Part shown: positions 28,700-39,368 of the stretch, one piece after another
How the letters are laid out: each line of letters starts with the position of its first letter
Position numbering within the stretch: the first letter of the stretch is position 1
Source of the DNA: the human T2T-CHM13v2.0 reference genome, Homo sapiens
Assembly (NCBI RefSeq): GCF_009914755.1
Contig: NC_060948.1
Reading direction: 5' to 3' (one strand)
DNA: 64,000 nt
Program-made: the position numbers and the translations under genes
The notes under the pieces: model-generated
Database searches by the model: none
What the model was told of the DNA's origin: nothing
What the model saw: only the letters and a program-made list of their open reading frames with translations

Positions 28700-28840
28700 A
28701 ATTTGAAAAGTCAGTTCCTTAGGTGCATGAGTCACCTTTTAAGAGTTCAATAGTCACATATGGCTAGAAACTGTCCTATTGACAGTGAAGATATGGAACA
28801 TTTCCATTACTGAAGAAAATACTATCATATAGAATGGTTG
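28700..28840. mobile_element. MER3-like hAT-Charlie fragment
   Basis: 'cagttcct...tcaatagtcacatatggcta...ctattgacagtg..gatatggaacatttccatta' resembles MER3 as recalled. Confidence 0.55.
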
Positions 28841-28879
28841 TACATCATATAATAGCAATAATAAGGTGTAATAATAATA

Positions 28880-28995
28880 GTAGCCCTATAAATTATGGGT
28901 TATTATCTGCACTTTACAGATGAAGAAACTATGCCTTAAGAAAGTAAAGCAACTTACTAAGTTAATATGTCTAGCAGGTGTCAGAGTTTGGACTG
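28880..28995 (-). mobile_element. MIR fragment
   Basis: Core motif 'ttattatc..cactttacagatgaagaaact'. Confidence 0.7.
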
Positions 28996-29032
28996 CATTA
29001 AACTAATTTCTTATACTGCTTTCTATAATGCC

Positions 29033-29815
29033 TGTGGCAGATTGTATGTTCAAGTAATGACTGCAACAATATTTATGATCCCACATGCTCTTCTAGATCC
29101 TTGCTACTATCCTGTCAAGAAGTGGAGCCTAGGGCTGGGCGAGGTGGCTCACACCTCTAATCCCAGCACTTTGAGAGGTTGAGGCGGGTGGATCACGAGG
29201 TCAGGAGTTCGAGGCCAGCCTGCCCAGCATAGTGAAACCCTGTCTCTACTAAAAATACAAAAACTTAGCTGGTGGTGTGTACTTGTAATTCCAGCTACTC
29301 AGGAGGCTGAGGCAGGAGAATCACTTGAACCCAGGAGGCAGAGGTTGCAGTGTCCTTGAACTTGGGTGGGCCTTTGTTACTGCCCCTATGGAAGTGATAT
29401 TACATACAGTGTAAATGATGATATGTAAGGTTAACTGTATCCTTGAAAAGATGTCATATCTTTAACAAGATGATAGAGCTTCTACATGGCTCCTTTTTGG
29501 GACAATAGCTCCTGGAAGTCACTTGCCAGGCTATGAGGAATCCCAGGTCACATATTTATATCTTTTAGCTGAGGCCATTATTGAGTTCCCAGGCAGCAGC
29601 CAGAATTAACTCATACACATGAATTACGAAGGCTTCTAAATGTCTCCAGCCCCAGTCACCTTTGGATTTTAGCCCGGGAGATCCACAAAAATAATTATCG
29701 ACCTGATCTAATCCTAACTTATATTTCAAATCACAAATAGTAATAATAAAAATAAGTTTGTTTCATGTTATTATGCTTGGGATGATTCCTTATGCAGCAA
29801 TAAATCATTGAAACA
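29033..29815 (+). mobile_element. MaLR LTR (MLT1G/H-like) interrupted by an Alu
   Basis: tgtggcagattg...aagaagtggag | ccttgaa..gggtggg ... 'ttatgcagcaataaat...aaaca'. Confidence 0.65.
29133..29352 (+). mobile_element. 3'-truncated AluS(g-like) with no poly(A) tail
   Basis: Intact 5' end ggctgggcg. Stops at 'gaggttgcagtg' and runs directly into the MLT1 sequence. Confidence 0.92.
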
Positions 29816-31050
29816 ATGTATCTTCAAACCAATTATTTAAAAACCTTTTTTTCAGCCAATGAATCAATATTTGTTTGCTTTATTCACTGGTGCATTCAAC
29901 AAATGAATATATACGTGGGTAATTTCTTGTATAGCCTGTGTCACATTTTGTAGAACTAGAATTAAAAAGAAAAAGTCAATTTATGGCTTATATGAAAAAA
30001 TATACATATTTAAAAAAGAAATTTTATCTAAGCAAAATTGTTTCTCAAGTAGCTCTGTACATTTTTTATGTATTGTCATATTTGGGTTTCATACCCTAGA
30101 CTTCTGTCTTTCATTTATTTATTCTGGTTGATAGGTAAGTTGCCTTATTTGCATTATTTCTAAAGATGTGAAAAATTATTATGATTTTTAAATGTTAAAG
30201 TAAACATACCTCATACTTTTCACTAAAATGCAAAATATTGTAATAAAATAAATGACAAATTTTTCAAAGAAATGTGAAGCATAGTCAATAAAACATACAA
30301 CTTTATTAAATCTCTATGTTCTAGAATCAGTTTTTGCACTGACATATATTCATAAGACACCTAGAAAATACCTTGTTAATTTTCATAGATTTAAACATTT
30401 CACAGGTTTAATTTTAGTAAGCTGACAATTTTCTAGAGGATATTTTTATTTGCAAATACAAATTATTTACAGTTAAACTTTGAAATTGGATATTCTTTCC
30501 AACTTGATCAATTCTTAAAGAACTGAGAAAAGTCTCAAAATAAAATGGGTTAGAAATAGTTTATATGTTATTGCTTTAAAATCATTTCAAGTAGTTACAA
30601 TGCACTTTCACAGAAGCATCATTTTGCCTGAAGCATACAGGAGGGACACGGAATCAGGAACGAACAGAATGGAGGCCCCTGGAGCTATGTTTATAGATCC
30701 TTGCTCATTTATTGTGCAATTTATTCACTATAGCTTAAGGGACAAGCAAGCATTCATCACCCACTGCTCCCATCATTTTCAAGGCTGTTCAGTAGATAAC
30801 ACAAATGCTAAGCAAACAAGTCTTTTGATCCATTTCAATCTACTTCTGATTTTTCTTTTAGGTAACAAAAGTTTATTGATTTGACTCTATCTATGTGTTT
30901 CTATCTCTATGTCTACATCTAAAATTTTTCCATCTGTGTCTCTACTTACACATAAAATTGGAAAAAACACCACCCTTGGAGTATTCTCTGAACAGGGACA
31001 GAAAGTAAAATTGTTTGGTACAAAAGGGATTCCCATCTAAGAGTTTGATA

Positions 31051-31479
31051 TGTGTGGAGTCTTAAATAGACAAAAGAGTTAGGCTGGTGAGAGATGGGAA
31101 AAACAAAACGAAAAAACAGATAAGCTCTAAGTACGCCTTTCTTCACGGTTCAGGTCATATAGACCTCTTGTGCAAACAACTGACAATCTTCCTGAGCCCA
31201 ACTATCATTAGACACCTACAAGTTAGGTCACCGCAACCTTAGCGTTTTTAGTACTGCACAAAGCCCTCTTCAGCAGACAGCATAAACACTATTTGATAAA
31301 ATTTCCACCGAGCCTTTGTTTCCCGGCAGTCAGTTTCTGTTGGCCTTCCCATTGCCTCCTTGCAAACTATTTTCCTAACAATTTTTCTAATAAATCTGCC
31401 TTTCTTTACCTACAACTGTCTTGGCAAATTCTTCTATCCCCATGCCACCGGCCCAGATAGTTGTCGTTCACCTGTAATA
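31051..31479 (+). mobile_element. 5' LTR of a class-I ERV (MER83/MER84-like; family uncertain)
   Basis: tg start, 'cagataagct', AATAAA at about 31389, followed immediately by a PBS and leader. Confidence 0.7.
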
Positions 31480-31482
31480 TTT

Positions 31483-31500
31483 TGGTGGCCCATTAGGGGA
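31483..31500 (+). other. Primer-binding site, tRNA-Ile-like
   Basis: tggtggcccattagggga matches 15/18 to TGGTGGCCCGTACGGGGA (complement of the tRNA-Ile 3' end, as recalled). It lies a few nt after the LTR end. Confidence 0.65.
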
Positions 31501-31737
31501 CTTTCTTTTCACGGGGAACTCTCTCCCCTGTCTCTTTCCCTTTCCCAACTTGGGACCCTCAGCAGACAGCGTCTAAGCACGAGCCAATTGCAGGTCACTG
31601 ATTGGAGCTACACACAGGTGGGACCAAAAGGTGTCTATGTGGAAGTGTCTGACCACCATCACCCGTTTTGGTCAAAGGACCTGAGTTTACTTATTTTTTT
31701 CTGTCTTTCAGCAGCCAGTTTCTTGCATCCCTCTGGC

Positions 31738-32520
31738 AATTAAACCTGTTTTCCTTATATATTACCCAGTCTCAGGTATTTCTTTACAGCAGCATGAGAA
31801 CGGACTAATACAGTAAGATGATACAGCAGAGAGTGGGATACTGCTATAAAGGGACTGAAAAATGTGGAAGTAACTTTGGAATTGGGTAACAGGCAGAGGT
31901 TGGAAGAGTTTGGAGGGCTCAGAAGAAGACAGGGAGATGTGGGAAAATTTGGAACTTCCTAGAGACTTGTTGAATGGTTTTGATCAAAATGCTGATAGTG
32001 ATATGGACAATGAAGTCCAGGCTGAGGTGGTTTCAGATGGAGATGAGGAACTTGTTGGAAACTGGAATAAAGGTGACTCTTGCTATGCTTTATCAAAGAG
32101 ACTGGTGGCATTTTTTTGCCTCTGCCTTAGAGATCTGTGGAACTTTGAACTTGAGAGAGATGATTTAGGGTATCTAACAGAAGACATTTTTAAGTGGCAA
32201 AGTGTTCAAGAGGAAGCTGAGCATAAAAATTTGGAAAATTTGTAGCCTGACCATGCAATAGAAAAGAAAAATCCATTTTTATGGGGAGAAATTCAAGCAG
32301 GCCACAGAATTTGTATAAGTAACGAGAAGCTGAACATTATTTCCCAAGCTAATGGGAAAAATGTCTCCAGGGTGTGTCAGAGACCTCCATGCCAGCCCTC
32401 TCCCATCAAAGGCCCAGAGGCCTAGGAGGAATACATGGTTTCATGGGCCTGGCCCAGTGCCCCCCTGCTCTATGCAGCCTTGAGACATGGTGCCCTGCGT
32501 ATCAGCTGCTTCAGCTTCAG
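31738..32520 (+). mobile_element. THE1/MST element fragment: LTR 3' end (31738-31812) and 5' half of internal sequence
   Basis: 'attacccagtctcagg...gactaataca' followed by the MaLR ORF remnant EGSEEDREMWENLELPRDLLNGFDQNADSDMD. Confidence 0.9.
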
Positions 32521-32643
32521 GTGATTGTAATTACCTGAGGCCTCCCCAGCCATGCTGAACTCTGAGTCAAAAAACCTCTTTTCTTTATAAGTTACCCAGT
32601 CTCTGGTATGTCTTTATTAGCAGTGTGACAACAGACTAATACA
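32521..32643 (+). mobile_element. THE1D-like LTR 3' portion
   Basis: 'cctgaggcctccccagccatgctgaact...ttattagcag...gactaataca'. Confidence 0.88.
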
Positions 32644-34655
32644 GAGGTCTCTGATTGTCTCACAGCTGTATGTAGTAGAGGATCTTCACTTAGTGCCTGA
32701 GTGGCTTTGACTCTGGAGAGGCGGACCCATGGAGAGACACCTCGGAGATTTACAGCCATTGGGGTGGTAGGAAGAACTTGATATGGCCCAGTCCAGATGG
32801 ATTCTAAAGGCCTTTCCTCCTATGCGAGAGTTTTAAGATACACCCAGTCCTCAGGCATCAGTTTAGGCTGTGTGTTCTCTGGAAAAGAGGGATTGGGTTT
32901 TAGACTATGAAGATTTTGGTAATGGGTAATGGTTTTGATGGTTTGTCCTAAGAGATATCACATGCTGTGTGAAATAATGACTTTCTGGATCTAACAAGAG
33001 GTCTGTTTGTAAGAAGGGCCTTCCATAAAGAACTTCAAATGGGCTGAGATGGGTTTCTGAATTTGGGGTAATGCAAGACCTTAAGAGGGCAATAGGGAGC
33101 ACAGCGGGCCGTGACTGTTCAGTTTCCTGTATTAGCTTTGTGAGATGCCTTTTTATGGTTTGATTAGCTTTTTCTACTTTTCCAGAGGATTGTGGATACC
33201 AGAATGCAAGCAAGTAGTATTTCATTTGAAGGCCTTAGCAACTTCTTGTTTTGAGAAATGAAGGCAGGGCCATTGTCTTATGGAATGAGTAAGGGAGCCC
33301 AACACAGGGAAGAATGTGGTCCAAAAGGGCCATGGTGGCTTCTAATGCCTGTTCAGTTTTGGTGGGAAAGGCCTCTATCCCCCCAAGTATCTACAAAGAC
33401 TAGCAAGTATTTAAGTTCCTTGCATTGGAGGCATGTGCGTAAAATCTAGCTGCCAATCTTCTCCTGGTAGGGTCCCTCATCTTCGAATGGAGTAGAGGAG
33501 AGGAGGAGATTTGTGGGTCCCTTCAGGATTCATTTTCGCAGCATGTGGCACAAGCCTGCAAGATGGCTCGCTGAAGATTGGGTTATTCCTTTACCAATAA
33601 ACAGTGGACTTACTAAGTTTTGGAGGGCTTTGGCCCCCACATTAGTTGATTTGTGTAAGCTTTTTAAATGTTTCCATTGTGAGGCTCCTGGAATGAAAGT
33701 TTGCCGTTAGAGCTTTTTAGCCAGCTTTCTGAGTTATGAGAGAAGCCTTTCACTAGAGCCCTTTGGGTTTCTTTCTGTGAATAGTGTGAGACAGGAGAGT
33801 GGGGTTAGGAACCAAAACTGCCTGAAGGGGCAGCCTGGCAGCTGCTTTTGCTTAGTCATCAGCTCATTTGTTCCCAATTGAGATTTCATCACTGCTTCCC
33901 TGATGGGCTCTGCAGTGAATGATAGCTACCTGTGCAAAAAGCAAAATTGTCTCTAACAGAATCATGATTACAGGAGCATGTCTAATTGGAGAAGTTTGGT
34001 CTGTTGAGAGTTTCCTTTTTCACCAAATGGCTGCATGGGCATGTACTACATGAATGCCTAGGCTGAGTCTGTGTAAATATTAAATCTCATGCCTGGTCCT
34101 AATTGTAAGGCTTGAGTAAGGGCAATAAGTTCTGCCTTCTGGGCTGAGGTGGTGCTGCCTGGTACGGGCCTTGATTCTATAACTTCAGTAAGGCTAACAA
34201 TTGCATACCCTGATAACTGGGTACCTTCCAACATGAAACTACTGCTGTCTGTGAACCAAGTGGCCTCTAGATTGATTGGTAAGGGGGGTGTCTTGGAGGT
34301 CTGTTCTGGTGCAACAAGTTAAATCAATAGTTTGTAAGCAGGAGTGTTTAAGTGGTCCATCTGCATTTGGAGATGGTAACAGGGTAGCAGGATTAAGAAA
34401 TTGACGTGGCTTAATGTTTAATTATGGTGTTTGCAGTACTGACTGATATCTGCTAATTCCACTATTAGAGACCCAGTGAAAGGGCTTTGAGTTTAAAATA
34501 TTTGTTACATTGTGTGGTGTATATATTATTATTTCTTGGCCCAGAGTTAGCTTGGAGACCCCCCTCAACTAATAGGGTCACAGATGCTAGCGCATGGAGG
34601 AACGGAGGCCAGCCCTGTGCCAACCAATCAGGGTTCTCTGATAACTGATTGGTCA
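32644..34655 (-). mobile_element. Class-I ERV pol remnant (connection, RNase H, integrase), inverted relative to its LTR and env
   Basis: Minus-strand motifs: WFTD (about 34250), AELIALTQAL (about 34125), YPQSSGKVEKANQTIK..SPFEVLYGRP (ORF 32905-33225), WTGPYQV (about 32790). Confidence 0.92.
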
Positions 34656-34659
34656 TTGG

Positions 34660-35808
34660 AAGGGATCCAATGGCTGGGTTAGGACCATTTTCAGGGTACA
34701 GCCCTACTCCTGGCTGCTTTCATGGGCTGGCATTGAGTGTCTGCAGCTTTTCCAGGCACATGGTGCAAGTTGTTGGTGGATCTATCATTCTGGGGTCTGG
34801 AGAACAGTGGCCCTCTTCTCAGAGCTCCACTAGGCAGTGTCCCAGTGGGTACTCTGTGTAGGGGCTTCTACCCCACATTTTCCTTATATACTAACATGGC
34901 AGAGGTTCTCCATGAGGGCTCTGGCCCTGCAGCAAACTTCTGCCTGAATATCCAGGCCTTTCCATACATACTCTGAAATCTAGGCAGAGGTTTCTTAACC
35001 TCAATTCTTGACTTGTATGCACCCACAGGCCCAACACCATGTGAAAGCTGCCAAGGGTTGGGTCTTACACTCTCTGAAGCAATGGCCTGAGCTGTCCGTT
35101 GGCCCCTTATAGCCATGCCTGGAGTGGCTGGGATGTAGGGCACCAAGTCCCAAGGCTGTATAGAGTAGTGGGTCCCTGGACCTGGCCCAGGAAACCACTT
35201 TTCCTTCCTAGGCCTTGGAGTCTGTGATGGGAGGGGCTGTTGTGATGGTCTCTGACATGCCCTGGAGACATTTACCCCATTGTCTTGGTGATTAACATCC
35301 AGCTCCTCATTACTTATGCAAATTTCTGCAGTGGGCTTGAATTTCTCTTCAGAAAATGGGATTTTCTTTCCTATCCCATGGTCAGGCTGCAAATTTTCCA
35401 AACTTTTATTCTCTGCTTCCTCTTGAATCCTTTGCTGCTTAGAAATTTCTTTGGCCAGATACCCTAAATCAGGTCTCACAAATTCAATGTTCCACAGATC
35501 TCTGGGGCAGGAGCAAAATGCCACCAGTCTCTTTGCATAGCAACAGTGACCTTTACTCCAGTTCCCAACAAGTTTCCCATCTCGCTCTAAAACCACCTCA
35601 GCCTGGACTTTATTGTCCATATTATTATCAGCATTTTGATCAAAGCCATTTATCAAGTCTCTAAGAAGTTCTAAACTTTCCCACATCTTCCTGTCTTCTT
35701 CTGAGACCTCCAAATTGTTTCAACCTCTGCCTGTTTCCCAGTTCCGAAGTTGCTTCCACATTTTTGGATATCTTTATAGGAGCACTCCACTCCTGGTACC
35801 AATTTCCT
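34660..35808 (-). mobile_element. THE1 internal sequence (3'-truncated) with a long open MaLR ORF
   Basis: ORF 34868-35713 SEEDRKMWESLELLRDLINGFDQNAD...PRKEKWFPGPGPG is the characteristic THE1/MST internal frame. Confidence 0.92.
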
Positions 35809-36158
35809 GTATTAGTCCATTCTCATGCTGCTAACAAAGACATATCTGATAGTGGGTAATTTATAAAGAAAAGAGGTTTAACTGACTCACCATTCTGCAT
35901 TCGGCCTCAGGAAACTTATAATTATGGTGGAAGGGGAAGCAAACACATCCTTCTTCACATGGTGGCAGGGAGAAGAAGACTGAGTGCCCAGTGCAGGGGG
36001 AAGCCCCTTATAAAACCATCAGATCTCCTGAGAGCAGGATGGGAGAAACCGCCTGCATGATTCATTTGTCTTCACCTGGTCCCACCCATGACATATGGGG
36101 ATTTGGAGAACTATAATTCAAAATGAGATTTGGGTGAGGACACATCCAAATCAGACTC
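35809..36158 (-). mobile_element. THE1D-like 5' LTR
   Basis: tgtattagtccattctcatgctgctaa...gagatttgggtgaggacaca, directly adjoining the THE1 internal sequence. Confidence 0.9.
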
Positions 36159-38938
36159 TATCTATTGTTTAGACAAACTCAGACTCTGAGTTGGATTCAG
36201 GTAATACTAACCCTAATTTTCAACTCTAGCTTCAAGGAGTTTCTTTTTCCTTACTCCCTTAACTTTCCTTAAAAATCAATGAAATCTACTTTTTTCCTGG
36301 CTTCTTTACTTAATTACAGCTGTAAACTGCATCCTGGTCATTACTTTCATTGTTCTGCACTTCAACTGCCTTTTTACATCTGGATGCAATAATATTCTCC
36401 TTTCTCCTTGAACTTCACTCTTTAAGAATAAGCATGCCAATGACTCAACCACCATAACATAGTCTAGCTACTGTAGCTAACAATTAAAGCTATTACTGAG
36501 TCCTCTGAAATTTCTGGTGGGGATCCCAGATAGTTAATCTATTTATTAAATTAGCAAATAGATACTCATCAAGGCAGTTTGCACTCTATCAAGCACATAA
36601 AAACATGCAAGCGCTGGTGGACTCAAGGCAGTAATACCAACTTTGAGATTTGGGTTTATCTAATCAGCCATATAATTTAATGTCACAAAATCAATACCAC
36701 ATACTATAGGAAAAATAGCATAAAATTTTCAGTAAAAACTTCCTTCACTTGGATTTTCTGAAAAGATAACCAATTAGAACAATTTCTAAAAACCAGATGC
36801 CTAAACAATATTTTATTCTTGATGACCTTGTTTGTAACTGTGCTTTCTAAATTACCAATCACCAAAGGAAGAAGCCATGAACTTCTTATATTTTATATTT
36901 ATAATTTACAGAGGTCCCAAAAACATCATTTAATACCAGGGCTTCCTGCTTTCCCAAGAAATCTAGAATATTTTGATCTCTCTTGAAGTTGACAGAAATT
37001 AGCCCAATGGCTTTTTAAAACTTTATTCTTAGAGCTAACTCTTTTTACTCAATTCTATTACAGGCTCACAGTAATTATCCAACTGCTTCACTTAAACAGC
37101 TTCATCCTCTTGACATTAATACTATTATAAGGGAAGTAGGATATGGTTGCTATTTGCAGGGGGATTTCCAAGATTACCACCCAGATAAAATTTCTTTATA
37201 TTTGTCCTAGTAATCTCATATACCTCCATGCCACACAACAATATACCAAGGTACTAGGTGTTTGTTTGTTTTTCTTATACTCTGTACAGTCCTTCTTCTT
37301 TCCTGTCTCCCTGAATTCACTATATATTGTCACCTTTAACATGTCAGGCTTCATCCTAGTTACTTGGATATCTCTACAATTAGCATTAACACTTAAAATG
37401 AACCTTACTCTGCCAAGTCTTGTGGATTACATTGTACTTGAAGGGACTCACAAGCTATTAAGGAAACAACATTCTCTGTGTGCCAAGGATTGTTGGTTTT
37501 GTTTACTATTAGTCCCTGAAAGGTATGATTCCATATTCCCTATTTATGCTCAGAATTTCATCCCTTTTAACACCACCTTGTATCCCAAATTCCTGTTTTC
37601 CCACTCCCACAGGACCCTAAAAAGCATACACAAGGCATGGTAGCTTCATTCTCTGCCTATTTAAGTCAATACACAACCAAGCTAAAAACATAAACCCTCT
37701 CAAAGGACTGGTTCCCTGACCCAAGAGAAAATCCCCTGTTGTAGGCCCCCTTTTTAAACAAGTCCAATTCAAACATTAAGCTTTTTTTTTTAAGCAACAG
37801 AAAACAAACATTACTTCAACCCTGTTGGTAATGTTCCTAAACCCCTTTGCAACTACACTGTAACTATAAATTGTACCAATAGAAAATATGTATCGGGGAA
37901 AATATAATTTGGTACCAGTTAGAATATCAGGCCTAGCCAACCTCAATGCCCCAAATCTCCAAACTATAAACTATCACTTCTGTACAGTGAGGCCCTCTCC
38001 AGACACTTGTCCTGATGTAACTCCATGGCAAAATGGCAAGGTTATGAATTCCCCTAACAATTGCCTACAACTTCTCATGCTCAGCAACCCCAAATCTCAG
38101 ATTTTTCTAGACTCTCAATGCTTTCAGTTATTCTGGGAAAACAAAATCCACCCAAATGCAAACTATAATATCCAAGCCTTACAGCCTCTTACAACTGCTA
38201 CTCTAGCTACCTCATACTTGTTCTTCAGGTCAGAAGGCCAAAACACACTTCGTTTCTTCACTCTAAGTTTAATATCTTGCCTTAAATCTGAGGAAGCATT
38301 CTTCCTCCATAAACAAATGCATGTATTTGTCTTCCAGCCAACTGAACTAGAACTTGTACACTAGTTTACTTAGTCCTAGACATCCAAATTGCTCCTTCCA
38401 ATCAATTCCTTCCAATACCACTTTATAGTTCTAGCAGAGAAAACTGAGCAATCCATCTGATTGCCCTGTTCATTGGCCTAGGGATTGCCATTGGGTTAAG
38501 CATGGGAATAATAGGTATGAGCCTCACAGCCCATACTTATTATACCCTCTCAATGGAACACCCCACCAAGCTCAAACATATCTCGGACACCCAGGAAGTC
38601 CTCCAAAATCAGGCCAACTTCATAGCACAAATTGTTCTCCAAAATGGCTGTGGCATAAATCTGCTTACAGGAGCCCAGTGGGGTATTTGTTTAGTCCTTG
38701 AATAGGAATGTTGTGTTTATGTTAATCAGTCGGGAATAGTGCAGAACCATGTCCAAAAAAAAAAAAAAAACCATGTCAAGCTGCTGAAATAGAAAAAAAA
38801 AAAAGCATCACAAGCATAGTCTTCATGGATATCTACTTTGGGATGGTTCTCCTGGTTCCTCTCCTTTTTGGGGCCACAAACAGGTATTTTATTATTCCTT
38901 CTTTTCAATCCTTGTATCTTCAACTTACTTGTCAAATT
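36159..38938 (+). mobile_element. Class-I ERV pol C-terminus, spacer and defective env (3'-truncated, no 3' LTR)
   Basis: CWFC (CxxC) at 37491-37502. Degenerate furin site and hydrophobic fusion peptide at about 38435-38520. ISD-like LQNGCGINLL at about 38637. CLVLE*ECC (CX6CC) at about 38690-38713. TM-distal FNPCIFNLLVKF. Several stops and frameshifts. Confidence 0.88.
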
Positions 38939-39368
38939 TTCTAGATCTTGTGGGAATGCTTCAATCTCTTTATTCTTTTTTCTTTAGTCTCCTTTGTGTA
39001 CTTTCAAATAGACTGTCTTCAAGCTCATTAATTCTTTCTTTGCTTGATCCATTCTGCTAAGAGATTCTGATGCATTCTTCTGTATGTCAATTCCATCTTT
39101 CAACTCCATAATTTCTGTTTGATTTTTTAAATTTATTTCAATGTCTTTGTTAAATTTATCTGATATTATTCTAAATTTCTTCTCTTTGTTATTATGAATG
39201 AGTTTCTTAAAAACAGCTATTTTGATTTCTGTGTCTGAAACAACACGTGCATCCATTTCTCTGGCATTGTTTCCTGGTGCTTTATTTAGTTTATTTTATG
39301 AACTTATTGTTTCCCGGATAGCCTTGATGCCTGTGGGTGTTAACTGTTGTCTGTGCATCGAGTAGTTA

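Noticed and set aside
37143-38938. Domesticated syncytin-like env
   Set aside because: It is split into several short frames, has stops at the furin site and inside CX6CC, has poly(A)-run frameshifts, and lacks its 3' end.
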